DNA from: Spirochaetia bacterium
GTDB lineage: Bacteria > Spirochaetota > Spirochaetia > CADAEX01
Assembly (NCBI GenBank): GCA_963662795.1
Contig: OY759746.1
Span: 2,240,001-2,304,000 of the forward strand
Direction: 5' to 3'
Length of the DNA: 64,000 nt
How positions within the stretch are numbered: position 1 is the stretch's first letter; every line of letters starts with the position of its first letter. Position numbers and translations under genes: made by a program. The notes under the pieces were generated by a model. That model ran no database searches. It had not been told where the DNA came from and saw only the letters and a list, made by a program, of their open reading frames with translations. Positions 51,049-61,095 of the stretch are shown here, piece by piece.

Positions 51049-54000
51049 ATGGGTAAGGAAAAAAAATTGAAAAATAAAATAACCACTCTTGCCGATCTCG
51101 AAAAAATAAAACAGGAGTCCCTGAAAAGGATGGCTGTAAGACTTCAGGATCCGGCGGAAAAAGGGCTTCCCGGAGATACCCCTTTTCATATTATGTTCTG
51201 TTTCGGGACAGGGTGTCTTTCATCAGGCGCTGCCTTTGTAAAGAAGGCATTTGCAGAAAATCTTGAAAAAAACGGGCTTGCGGACAAGGTTACACTTGTA
51301 GAAACTGGCTGTAACGGATTCTGCGCCGGCGGGCCGATTGTTGTAGTCTATCCCGGAGGATATTTTTATCAGAAAGTCTCTCCTGAAGATGCTGTTGATA
51401 TTGTTGAAAGCCACCTTGTAAAAGGTAAACCTGTAAAGCGGCTTATGTTTCATAATCCTGTCAACGGGGAGGTAATACCCAAGTATAAGGATATTTACTT
51501 TTTCGCTCTCCAGAATCTGAGAGTTCTTCACAACAAAGGTCTTATATCCGCAGACAGTATCGATGATTATATAGCCCGTGACGGGTATTTCGGATTTTAT
51601 AAGGCGCTTAAAGAGCTGGAGCCGGACGGGATAATCAAGGAAATTGCTGAATCAGGCCTTAGAGGAAGGGGCGGCGCAGGCTTTACAACAGGAATGAAAT
51701 GGAAGTTCTGCAGCAGGACAGAAAGCAATAAAAAATACATTATCTGCAATGCTGATGAAGGGGACCCGGGAGCGTTCATGGATAGAAGTATTCTTGAGGC
51801 AGATCCCCATGCCGTACTTGAAGGAATGATGATAGGAGCAAGAGCGATTGGGGCAGATACCGGTTATATTTACTGCAGGGCGGAATATCCGCTTGCTATT
51901 CAGCGCCTGGAACACTCAATAAACGAATGCCGTGAAATGGGTCTTCTTGGTAAAAACATCCTTGGAACTGATTTTTCATTTGACATAAAGATTGCTCAGG
52001 GTTCAGGAGCATTTGTCTGCGGAGAAGAGACCGCACTTATGAGATCCATAGAAGGGAAAAGGGGAGAGCCGAGGCCCCGTCCTCCGTTTCCGGCTGTTAA
52101 AGGTCTTTTTGATAAACCTTCCGTACTTAATAATGTTGAAACATTCGGCAATGTCCCTCTCATAATAAAAAACGGCGCAAAGTGGTTCAGGGAAACCGGA
52201 ACTGAAAAATCTCCCGGGACAAAGATATTTGCGCTTACAGGGAATGTTAATAATATTGGCCTAGTCGAAGTAAATATGGGTACGCCGCTCGGAGATATCA
52301 TATATGAAATCGGGGGAGGGATCCCCAACGGGAAGAAGTTCAAGGCTGCCCAGATGGGAGGCCCGTCCGGCGGATGCATAACAAAAGAGCATCTTAATGT
52401 GCCGGTTGATTACGAATCAGTTATTGAACTTGGCGCCATAATGGGCTCAGGCGGACTTATCGTAATGGATGAAGACACCTGTATGGTGGACATGGCAAGG
52501 TTCTTTCTTGAATTCATCCAGGAAGAGTCCTGCGGAAAATGCGTTCCATGCCGCGTAGGAACAAAAAGGATGCTTGAGATTGTTACCCGGATATGCGAAG
52601 GGAAGGGAGAGCTCGAAGATATTGACAGACTTGTTTCGCTGGGAAATCAGATCAAGGATACGGCATTATGCGGTCTTGGTCAGACTGCCCCTAATCCTGT
52701 TCTTTCGACTATAAGGTATTTCAGGAGTGAATATGAGGCCCACATCCTTGAAAAGAGGTGTCCCGCCGGTGTATGTCCGAGTCTTGTAAGGGCCCCGTGT
52801 CAGAGCGGATGCCCGGCAAAGGTTGATATACCGTCATTTGTGGCTTTGACCGGCGACAAGAGATACGCTGAAGCGCTGCAGGTGCACAGGAACAGGAACC
52901 CGTTTGCGGCAATCTGCGCAAGGGTCTGCTTTCATACCTGTGAGGACAAGTGCAGAAGGGCAACGCTTGATGAATCTGTTTCGATCCGGGGAGTAAAAAG
53001 ATTCCTTGTTGATCAGGAAGTTATTGTCCAGAAGCCTGAAAGCAGAGAGAGCGAACGGAACGCAAAAAGAAAAATAGCTATTATCGGAGCAGGGCCTGCA
53101 GGTCTCTCCTGCGGATATTTTCTCGCAAGGCTTGGATACAAACCTAAAGTATTTGAATCGGAATTAAGGCCGGGCGGTATGCTTGTGCAGACTATTCCAT
53201 CCTACAGACTGCCCCGGGAAACACTTGCCCGTGAAATAAGAATGATAGAACAGCTTGGTGTTGATATTGAAACAGGTGTGTCCCTCGGTAAGGACTTTAC
53301 ATTGAAGAGCCTCGCTGATGAGGGGTATGAGGCTGTTTTCATGGGTGTCGGGGCGCCTGATCCCATTACCCTTGGACTTCTTGGAGAAGAAGCGGAAAAT
53401 GTAACAGACGCAATACCTTTCCTCAAGCAGTACAATATCAGGGGTTCTGTCCCGGTCGGGAAGAACGTAATAGTTATCGGAGGGGGAAACGCCGCAATTG
53501 ACGCCGCGAGAACTGCCCTCCGGCTCGGCGCTGAAAGTGTAAAGGTTGTTTACAGAAGAAGCCAGGGAGAGATGCCGGCATATGAAGAAGAAATTGATGA
53601 AGCTATTTCCGAAGGTGTTGTTCTTATGACATTGACACAGCCTGTTGAGGTCATAAAAAATGAGAAAGGCGCTGCTTCCGGCCTCAGGTGCATTCCCATG
53701 AAACTGGGCGAATATGACAGGACAGGAAGAAGAAGACCGACAGAAAAAGAGGGAGAAACATTCATAATTGATGCCGACCAGATAATTATCGCAATCGGCC
53801 AGAAACTTAAAACAGAAAAACTGCTCGGCGAAACAATGCCTGCCCTTACAAGACAGGGCTTTATCCAGACAAACCCGGTTACAGGCCAGACAAGCCTTCC
53901 GTGGCTTTTTGCCGGAGGCGATAACGCTACCGGTCCTGCTTCTGTTGTTAACGCAATAGCAGGCGGCGAGAAAGCGGCAGTAGGTATTCATGACTATCTT

Positions 54001-54273
54001 CTCGGGGAAGGCGAGCCTTTTTGGAGAGAGGAGCAGGTTCTTGATACTGAATATGATCCTGACGCGGATCCTGTTCCCTATCCGAGGGAAAAACAGAGAT
54101 CGATCGCTGTTGAGAGAAGAAGACATAATTTTGATGAAGTAGAACTGGCATGGAATGAAAGTGTAGCTGTCAGACAGTGCAAAAGATGCCTGAGATGTGA
54201 TTATGGAAAAGTTCCCGGTCCGCTTGTGGAAACAACGGTCCAGGTAGTAAGGGAGGTACCAATAAATGCCTAA
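51049..54273 (+). CDS. hydB: [FeFe]-hydrogenase 1 beta subunit: thioredoxin-2Fe2S + NuoF (FMN/NADH) fused to a GltD/Nfn-like FAD/NADP(H) module
   Basis: GLRGRGGAGF, CNADEGDPGAFMDR, GAFVCGEE, GGPSGG, ESCGKCVPCR, then CQSGCP, GAGPAG, GGGNAAID, YRR, FAGGD, CLRCD. Confidence 0.9.
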   Translation: MGKEKKLKNKITTLADLEKIKQESLKRMAVRLQDPAEKGLPGDTPFHIMFCFGTGCLSSGAAFVKKAFAENLEKNGLADKVTLVETGCNGFCAGGPIVVVYPGGYFYQKVSPEDAVDIVESHLVKGKPVKRLMFHNPVNGEVIPKYKDIYFFALQNLRVLHNKGLISADSIDDYIARDGYFGFYKALKELEPDGIIKEIAESGLRGRGGAGFTTGMKWKFCSRTESNKKYIICNADEGDPGAFMDRSILEADPHAVLEGMMIGARAIGADTGYIYCRAEYPLAIQRLEHSINECREMGLLGKNILGTDFSFDIKIAQGSGAFVCGEETALMRSIEGKRGEPRPRPPFPAVKGLFDKPSVLNNVETFGNVPLIIKNGAKWFRETGTEKSPGTKIFALTGNVNNIGLVEVNMGTPLGDIIYEIGGGIPNGKKFKAAQMGGPSGGCITKEHLNVPVDYESVIELGAIMGSGGLIVMDEDTCMVDMARFFLEFIQEESCGKCVPCRVGTKRMLEIVTRICEGKGELEDIDRLVSLGNQIKDTALCGLGQTAPNPVLSTIRYFRSEYEAHILEKRCPAGVCPSLVRAPCQSGCPAKVDIPSFVALTGDKRYAEALQVHRNRNPFAAICARVCFHTCEDKCRRATLDESVSIRGVKRFLVDQEVIVQKPESRESERNAKRKIAIIGAGPAGLSCGYFLARLGYKPKVFESELRPGGMLVQTIPSYRLPRETLAREIRMIEQLGVDIETGVSLGKDFTLKSLADEGYEAVFMGVGAPDPITLGLLGEEAENVTDAIPFLKQYNIRGSVPVGKNVIVIGGGNAAIDAARTALRLGAESVKVVYRRSQGEMPAYEEEIDEAISEGVVLMTLTQPVEVIKNEKGAASGLRCIPMKLGEYDRTGRRRPTEKEGETFIIDADQIIIAIGQKLKTEKLLGETMPALTRQGFIQTNPVTGQTSLPWLFAGGDNATGPASVVNAIAGGEKAAVGIHDYLLGEGEPFWREEQVLDTEYDPDADPVPYPREKQRSIAVERRRHNFDEVELAWNESVAVRQCKRCLRCDYGKVPGPLVETTVQVVREVPINA

Positions 54274-56038
54274 AGCAGAAATAAACAACATGGAAATACA
54301 GTTTGAAGCCGGCGATACAATACTTAAGGCAGCCCATGCTTCAGGGATAGAGATACCCACACTTTGCTTTCTTGAGGGAAAAGATCCCCAGGGCGCATGC
54401 AGGGTATGCGTTGTCGAGATTGATAAAAACAAGCCTCTGGCTGTCGCGTGTGCTACGCCGATTATTGAAGGCATGAAGATCATGACCAATACCAAAAGGG
54501 TGCGGGAAGCGAGAAGGACCGTTGTCGAACTTCTTTTAAGCGAGCATGAAGGGAACTGTCAGTACTGCGACAGGGCTGAAGACTGTGAACTCAAAAAGCT
54601 GGCTTACCAGCTTGGAGTAAGTGAAATACGATACGAAGGGGAAAAACCTTTATCATGGATTGATGAGACAACACCGGCCCTTATAAGGGATCAGGCAAAA
54701 TGCATTAAATGCAGAAGATGTGTAACTGTATGCAATAATGTACAGGGTGTCGGCGCGCTGTTTCCCCAGGGACGCGGATATTCAACTGTTATCAGCACTG
54801 CCTTTGATTCTGGTCTTGATACTGTTGCATGCGTTCAGTGCGGCCAGTGCTCAGCTGTCTGCCCTGTCGGGGCTATTACTGAAAGAAACCATATTGATGC
54901 GGTTTGGAGAGCCATAGAGGATCCTGAAAAATTCGTTGTTGTCCAGACAGCTCCCGCAATCAGGGCAGCGCTGGGCGAGTGTTTCGGATATGAGCCGGGT
55001 ACCCTTGTTACAGGCAAGATGGTTTCCGCCCTGAGGCTATTGGGATTTGACAGGGTCTTTGATACAAACTTTACGGCAGACCTTACCATACTGGAGGAGG
55101 GGACAGAACTTCTTACAAGATTAAAAAGCGCGCTTGTTGATAAAAAGCCGGCTTCGTTTCCGATGTTCACCTCCTGCTCACCCGGATGGATTAAGTTCGC
55201 CGAGTATTTTTACCCGGAATTTCTTCCAAACCTTTCAACCTGCAAAAGCCCGCAACAGATGTTCGGCGCTGTAGCTAAAACATATTACGCTGAGAAAGCG
55301 GGTGTTGATCCGAAAAAAATGGTTGTTGTATCTGTAATGCCCTGTACCGCAAAGAAATTTGAAGCAGAAAGGCCTGAAATGGCATCCAGCGGAAGCAAGG
55401 ATGTTGATTATGTTCTCACTACACGGGAACTGGGGCGGATGATCCAGTCCGCAGGAATTGATTTCAAGGTCCTTCCCGACGGTAAAATCGACAGCCCGAT
55501 AGGGATGTCTTCAGGCGCGGCCGACATTTTCGCCAATACCGGCGGTGTAATGGAAGCGGCCCTCAGGACAGTACACGAGATAGTAACAGGCAGGGAACTT
55601 CCGATGGAGAATCTGCATGTGAAACCGGTTGAGGGACTTGCCGGAATCAAGGAGGCATCCGTGACTTTTACAGGCACGGTCCCTGACTGGAATTTCCTCG
55701 AGGGTGTTACGGCAAAAGTTGCTGTTGCCCACGGACTCGGGAACACAAGGACCCTTCTTGACAGCATCAACGAGGGGAAGAGCCAGTATCATTTTGTCGA
55801 GATCATGACCTGTCCCGGCGGGTGTATCGGAGGAGGAGGCCAGCCGCGCCTTACGACTGATGATGTCAGGCTGGCAAGGATCAGGGCAATTTACAAGGAA
55901 GATGAGGGTAAGGAAATAAGGAAATCACATATGAACCCTGAGATTTTAAGGATATATGAGGATTATCTTGTTAAACCGCTTGGAGAAAAATCTCACCATC
56001 TGCTTCATACTCACTATATTGAGAGATCCAGGGTGTAA
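54266..56038 (+). CDS. hydA: [FeFe]-hydrogenase 1 catalytic subunit (group A, multimeric type)
   Basis: H-cluster motifs FTSCSPGW, MPCTAKKFE, EIMTCPGGCIGGGGQP; N-terminal 2Fe-2S, His-ligated 4Fe-4S and 2x4Fe-4S domains. Confidence 0.96.
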   Translation: MPKAEINNMEIQFEAGDTILKAAHASGIEIPTLCFLEGKDPQGACRVCVVEIDKNKPLAVACATPIIEGMKIMTNTKRVREARRTVVELLLSEHEGNCQYCDRAEDCELKKLAYQLGVSEIRYEGEKPLSWIDETTPALIRDQAKCIKCRRCVTVCNNVQGVGALFPQGRGYSTVISTAFDSGLDTVACVQCGQCSAVCPVGAITERNHIDAVWRAIEDPEKFVVVQTAPAIRAALGECFGYEPGTLVTGKMVSALRLLGFDRVFDTNFTADLTILEEGTELLTRLKSALVDKKPASFPMFTSCSPGWIKFAEYFYPEFLPNLSTCKSPQQMFGAVAKTYYAEKAGVDPKKMVVVSVMPCTAKKFEAERPEMASSGSKDVDYVLTTRELGRMIQSAGIDFKVLPDGKIDSPIGMSSGAADIFANTGGVMEAALRTVHEIVTGRELPMENLHVKPVEGLAGIKEASVTFTGTVPDWNFLEGVTAKVAVAHGLGNTRTLLDSINEGKSQYHFVEIMTCPGGCIGGGGQPRLTTDDVRLARIRAIYKEDEGKEIRKSHMNPEILRIYEDYLVKPLGEKSHHLLHTHYIERSRV

Positions 56039-56087
56039 ATTCTGTTTTTCCCGATAATTGAAACGGGAAAAGAACATAAATCGTGTT

Positions 56088-56136
56088 AAAAAAAAGAAAG
56101 GCTGCATGCGGATTTGCCCGCGCGCAGCCTTTTTTT
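56088..56136. terminator. Bidirectional intrinsic terminator between the two hydrogenase operons
   Basis: A tract, AAAGGCTGCATGCGG / CCGCGCGCAGCCTTT hairpin, T tract. Confidence 0.85.
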
Positions 56137-56161
56137 ATTTCTTTATGAAAAAAACCTGATG

Positions 56162-57934
56162 CTAAACTGATTTCGGCGTATAGCTGGTATGCAGAAGATG
56201 ATGTGAAATCTCGCCCAGAGGCTTGATGAGAAAATTCCTGTACAGGGCCTGTATTTCGGGATTTTCATGCGATTTCCTTATCCCGAGATTTATATCCTCC
56301 CTGTATATCGATTCCGCCCTTTTTTTTCTTATCTCCCATGTGGTTGGGATGGGCTGTCCTCCTCCGCCGAGGCATCCTCCCGGGCATGCCATTACCTCAA
56401 TAAAAGCATAGGGGGATTTCCCTTCTTTTATCTCATCAAGAAGTTTTCTCGCGTTTTTAAGGGTATGGGCAACGGCAACCCGTACCGGCTTTCCTTTAAT
56501 ATTGATTTCAGCTTCTTTTATCCCTTCCATACCCCTTACATCCGCAAACTCAACCTTATCAAGGGTAGTACCTGTCAGCACCTCATAGGCTGTCCGCAGG
56601 GCTGCTTCCATTACACCTCCGGTTGCCCCGAATATTACAGCTGCCCCGGTTGATTTTCCAAGCGGATTGTCAAATTCCTCTTCCGGGAGCCCTGCAAAAT
56701 CAAGTCCGGTCTCCCTGAACATCCTCGCAAGCTCTCTTGTTGTAAGGGCATAATCCACATCCGGAAAACCTGCCCTGTTTGTAAGTTTTTTTCTCTCTTT
56801 CCAGTAGTGGAAAGCGGAATTCATTTCAGGCCTTTCTGCTTCATATTTCTTGGCGGTACAGGGCATTACAGATATGACCCTGATCTTTTCAGGGTCAAGG
56901 TCCGCCTGCCCGGCGTACCAGGTTTTTGCCAAAGCCCCGAACATCTGCTGCGGGCTCTTGCAGGTTGAGATATTTGCAAGCTGATCAGGGAAAAAGTGCT
57001 CAATGAATTTGATCCATCCGGGAGAGCAGGAGGTAATCATCGGGAGGGTTCCTCCTGTTGATATCCTTTTTATAAGCTCATGCCCCTCTTCCATTATTGT
57101 AAGGTCTGCCGTGAATTGTGTATCAAAAACCCTGTCAAATCCCAGTTTTCTGATTCCGGCTACCATTTTTCCTGTTACCAGGGCCCCGCTCTCCATCCCC
57201 ATGGCTTCTCCTATTCCAATGCGGATAGCCGGGGCGGTCTGTATAATGGTAAAAATATCAGGATCGTAAATATCCCGCCAGATGCTGCTGATATCTGATT
57301 TTTCAACAATTGCGCCGGTCGGGCAGACCAAAGAGCACTGACCGCAGTTGGTGCATACGGAGCTGCCCAGTCCCCTGTCCATGAATGTTGTTACACGGCT
57401 GTGAAGGCCCCGGCCTGTGACATCTATCGCGTTTACCGTCTGGATTTCGCTGCATACGCTTATGCACCTGTTGCAGAGGATGCATTTATTCGGGTCCCGG
57501 ATAAGAGAAGGGGAAGATGTATCGAGCGGCAGTGTTTTTGTCCTGGTCTTTGCGTAATGCTGTTCACGCACGCCGAGCTCCCATGCCAGTTTTTGCAGTT
57601 CACAATTCTGGTTCCTGTCGCATTTAAGGCAGTCATCAGGATGGTTGGCAAGGATAAGTTCCAGGTTTGTTTTTCTTGCTTTTCTTATTCTCTCGGAGTT
57701 TGTTGTTATTTCCATATCTGCCCAGACTGAATAGGAACATGAGCGGACAAGCTTTTTTGAGTCTTTTACTTCAATACAGCATATTGCGCAGGATGCGTTT
57801 GAAGCGACATCCTCCATAAAGCATAAATGGGGAATATTTATCCCTACCTCTTTGCAGGCATTAAGAATCGTGGTTCCCTCATCAACCAGGTAATCCTTTC
57901 CGTCAATAATTATGTTTATCTTTTTTCTCATCAT
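56162..57934 (-). CDS. hydA: [FeFe]-hydrogenase 2 catalytic subunit
   Basis: ITSCSPGW, MPCTAKKYE, EVMACPGGCLGGGGQP; GGAGG RBS with ATGA overlap to the hydB stop. Confidence 0.96.
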   Translation of the reverse strand: MMRKKINIIIDGKDYLVDEGTTILNACKEVGINIPHLCFMEDVASNASCAICCIEVKDSKKLVRSCSYSVWADMEITTNSERIRKARKTNLELILANHPDDCLKCDRNQNCELQKLAWELGVREQHYAKTRTKTLPLDTSSPSLIRDPNKCILCNRCISVCSEIQTVNAIDVTGRGLHSRVTTFMDRGLGSSVCTNCGQCSLVCPTGAIVEKSDISSIWRDIYDPDIFTIIQTAPAIRIGIGEAMGMESGALVTGKMVAGIRKLGFDRVFDTQFTADLTIMEEGHELIKRISTGGTLPMITSCSPGWIKFIEHFFPDQLANISTCKSPQQMFGALAKTWYAGQADLDPEKIRVISVMPCTAKKYEAERPEMNSAFHYWKERKKLTNRAGFPDVDYALTTRELARMFRETGLDFAGLPEEEFDNPLGKSTGAAVIFGATGGVMEAALRTAYEVLTGTTLDKVEFADVRGMEGIKEAEINIKGKPVRVAVAHTLKNARKLLDEIKEGKSPYAFIEVMACPGGCLGGGGQPIPTTWEIRKKRAESIYREDINLGIRKSHENPEIQALYRNFLIKPLGEISHHLLHTSYTPKSV

Positions 57935-60900
57935 CTGACACCTCCCGTACCGGAAAGCTTTATGTCGCACCTTAAGCACCTCATTGCCTCGCGCCGGGCC
58001 TGGTCTCCCATATAACCCAGGTTGATTTCCTGAAAATTCCCCTTCCTGTCTTTTACATTTAAATGCCTGCTCTCAATTCCCTCCGCAGATATTATCTCCT
58101 CAGGTATTTCATTGCCGTACTCAAATGTCCTGAACAGGGAGTCAAATCTGTGTTTACCTGTCAGGTCGAAATCAATTATTGAGGAAGCTGTTTTTGCAAG
58201 ACCCATGGCTTCGGCTGCAGTAGACGGGCCTGTTGTTACATCGCCGGCCGCATAAACCAGGGGTTTTCCTGTCCTGCAGGTATAGGGATTGATATAAGCT
58301 GTCCCTTTTTCCGTTGTTATTATTTTTTCCTGTTCAAGGAGGGCTGAATCTACCTTTTCGCCTACTGCAATTACGACAGTATCGCATTTAAGGACAGAGA
58401 TATTACCTGTTTTAACCGGTTTTCTTCTCCCTGACAAATCGAACTGTCCCCCTTCCATTTTCATGATTTCAATTGTTTCCACACTTCCGTCTTTGTTTCC
58501 GGTTATCCTTACAGGATTTGCCATAAACATGAATTTAATCCCCTCAGCTTCCGCCTCGGCAATTTCGCTCTTGTTCGCCGGCATGTCCTCTTTTGCCCTT
58601 CTGTAGGCGACAGTTACATCCGCCCCCGCTCTCCATAAAGATCTTGCGGTGTCTATGGCGACATTACCGCCGCCGATAATTACCGCTTTTTTACCGAGGG
58701 GAATCATCCTCTTTTTCTCCATGTTATCAAGCAGTTCCGTACCCTGAACCACCCCTTTCAGCTGCGATCCGGAAAGGTCAAAACCGATATGCTTATAGGA
58801 CCCGATGGCAAGAAAAACTGTGTCATATTCCTTTAAAAGAGAGTCTGTGTGTATATCCCTGCCGAGGGATTTGTTGAAGAGAAATTTGACCCCGAGTTTT
58901 TTAAAAATCTGAAGCTCTTTATCAAGAATTTCTTTCGGAAGCCTGTAGGAAGGGATACCGTAACGGAGGACTCCCCCTGCTTTCGGGTTCTGGTCATAGA
59001 CTGTAATACTGTGGCCGAGCCTGGAAAGATAAAAAGCCGCTGTAAGGCCCGCGGGACCTGCTCCGATAACTGCTATTTTTTTACCGGTTGACGGGAGTTT
59101 TTCCTTTAGAAGTTTATCATATATCTCGTTCTCCCTTCCCATCTTGTACATTGTGTCTGCCAGATACCTGTGAATTTCACCCTGATGCACCGGCTCGTCG
59201 ATTGTATCCCTCCTGCATCTCATCTGGCAGTGGAAATGGCATATTCTTCCGATTGTCCCCGGCAGCGGGTTATCGCGGAGTGTTGATTCAAAGGCTTCCT
59301 CAAGCCTGTCTTCCTTAAGCAGTGTGAGGTAGGCCGGTATGTCCATGTGCATGGGACATGAGTTTGAGCAAAGCGTTGTAAAGAGCGCTTCGCAAGTCCC
59401 TGCGCTGCAGTGGTGCCGCTGGATGTGCTCTTCATATTCATTCCTGAAATATTTAAGCGTTGTCAGTACCGGATTAGGGGCTGTCTGTCCAAGCCCGCAA
59501 AGGGCCGTATCGATAATAACATTGCCGAGCTCTTCCATCACAGCAAGGTCTGAATCCTCTCCTCCCCCTTTTGTAATTTTATTCAGCAGATTAAGCTCCT
59601 GCGAAAGCCCTTCGCGGCAGGGAACGCATTTTCCGCATGACTCTGAATTCGTGAACTCAATAAAATATCTTGCCACATCAACCATGCAGTTATCCTGGTC
59701 CATTACTACCATGCCGCCGGAACCCATAATGGCCCCGAGAGACGCAAGTGACTCATAATCTATCGGAGTCCCGAATTTTGATACCGGTATGCAGCCGCCC
59801 GACGGGCCGCCTGACTGTACCGCTTTTACCTTTTTTTCCTTTCCGGCGGCGCCGCCGCCAATTTCATAAACCAGAGTAAGAAGGGATTCCCCAAGAGGAA
59901 GCTCTGCAAGTCCCGTGTTTTTAACCTTTCCTACAAGGGAAAAGACTTTTGTCCCCGGGCTTTTTCCTGTACCTGTTTTTAAAAACCACTTGCTTCCTTT
60001 TGCAATAATCACGGGAATATTGCTCCAGGTTTCCACATTGTTGATATTTGTCGGATAACACATAAATCCGCACTGTGCGGGGAAAGGGGGCCTCGGTTTG
60101 GGTCTTCCGGCTTTTCCTTCAGCTGACGCAATCAGCGCTGTTTCCTCTCCGCAGACAAAAGCGCCGGCTCCCTCAACAATTGTAAGGTCAAAGATGAAGC
60201 TGGTGCCGGGTATTTTTGCCCCTATAAACCCAGCCTCCCGGGCCTGGCTTATTGCTTTCTTAAGTCTTTCGACCGCAAGGGGATATTCTGCCCGGACATA
60301 GATTATTCCCTCGTTCGCTCCCATTGCGTATGCGCCGATCAGCATCCCTTCAATGATCATGTGAGGATCGCTTTCTATTTCGTTCCTGTTCATGTATGCC
60401 CCGGGATCCCCTTCATCCGCGTTACAGATAATGTATTTCTTTTCCGCGGATTCTTTTCCCATAAGCGCCCATTTTACGCCTGTTGGAAAGCCGGCTCCGC
60501 CCCGGCCCCGGAGCCCCGATGCCTTTACTTCACCTATAACATCCTGAGGGCTCATTTCGGTAACGGCTTTTATAAATGCTGAATAACCACCCACGGCGAT
60601 GTATTCTTCGATTGATTCCGGATCAATAAGACCCGCATCCCTTAGTACTATTTTTTTCTGGCTTTTAAAAAAAGGTATCTCGTTCCATTCCGGAACACCT
60701 TTATAGCCGCTGCCGTAGCTGATATGGTGAGTATGATGGTCCCATTCTGAAATTTTGCACAGGATGAGTCTTTCCGGGAATGAAGCTTTTTCGATTCCTT
60801 TAATGATAGCATTAACATCTTTCTTCTGTACCCTGTTAAGCACCAGTAAAGGCTGTCCCGGTATGTTTATATTGACAAGCGGTTCTTTAGAGCAGTATCC

Positions 60901-61095
60901 CAGACATCCTGTTTTTCTTAATGTTATTCCCCCTTTTTGCCCCTTTAATCCTGTTTCAAATGCCTCATAAAGCTGGTCTGCTCCGTTACCGATGCCGCAG
61001 GTCCCCATTCCGATGGAGATTGAAGGAAGGTCGGGTTTTATTTTTTTTAAGCCTGCATTTTTCATTTTACTGATTTTTTTGATGTAATCTTTCAT
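57931..61095 (-). CDS. hydB: [FeFe]-hydrogenase 2 beta subunit: NuoF fused to a GltD/Nfn-like module
   Basis: GLRGRGGAGFPTG, CNADEGDPGAYMNR, GAFVCGEE, GGPSGG, ESCGKC, GAGPAG, GGGNVAID, YRR, YAAGD, CLRCD. Confidence 0.9.
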   Translation of the reverse strand: MKDYIKKISKMKNAGLKKIKPDLPSISIGMGTCGIGNGADQLYEAFETGLKGQKGGITLRKTGCLGYCSKEPLVNINIPGQPLLVLNRVQKKDVNAIIKGIEKASFPERLILCKISEWDHHTHHISYGSGYKGVPEWNEIPFFKSQKKIVLRDAGLIDPESIEEYIAVGGYSAFIKAVTEMSPQDVIGEVKASGLRGRGGAGFPTGVKWALMGKESAEKKYIICNADEGDPGAYMNRNEIESDPHMIIEGMLIGAYAMGANEGIIYVRAEYPLAVERLKKAISQAREAGFIGAKIPGTSFIFDLTIVEGAGAFVCGEETALIASAEGKAGRPKPRPPFPAQCGFMCYPTNINNVETWSNIPVIIAKGSKWFLKTGTGKSPGTKVFSLVGKVKNTGLAELPLGESLLTLVYEIGGGAAGKEKKVKAVQSGGPSGGCIPVSKFGTPIDYESLASLGAIMGSGGMVVMDQDNCMVDVARYFIEFTNSESCGKCVPCREGLSQELNLLNKITKGGGEDSDLAVMEELGNVIIDTALCGLGQTAPNPVLTTLKYFRNEYEEHIQRHHCSAGTCEALFTTLCSNSCPMHMDIPAYLTLLKEDRLEEAFESTLRDNPLPGTIGRICHFHCQMRCRRDTIDEPVHQGEIHRYLADTMYKMGRENEIYDKLLKEKLPSTGKKIAVIGAGPAGLTAAFYLSRLGHSITVYDQNPKAGGVLRYGIPSYRLPKEILDKELQIFKKLGVKFLFNKSLGRDIHTDSLLKEYDTVFLAIGSYKHIGFDLSGSQLKGVVQGTELLDNMEKKRMIPLGKKAVIIGGGNVAIDTARSLWRAGADVTVAYRRAKEDMPANKSEIAEAEAEGIKFMFMANPVRITGNKDGSVETIEIMKMEGGQFDLSGRRKPVKTGNISVLKCDTVVIAVGEKVDSALLEQEKIITTEKGTAYINPYTCRTGKPLVYAAGDVTTGPSTAAEAMGLAKTASSIIDFDLTGKHRFDSLFRTFEYGNEIPEEIISAEGIESRHLNVKDRKGNFQEINLGYMGDQARREAMRCLRCDIKLSGTGGVR

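Noticed and set aside
53164-54495. 443-aa ORF on the minus strand
   Set aside because: Antisense shadow of hydB1/hydA1; no motifs or RBS, and its composition is typical of a reverse-frame artefact.
50960-56000. Treating the two hydrogenase operons as a recent inverted duplication or misassembly
   Set aside because: The proteins differ throughout (N-termini, insertions, motif variants), so they are old paralogues rather than a repeat artefact.
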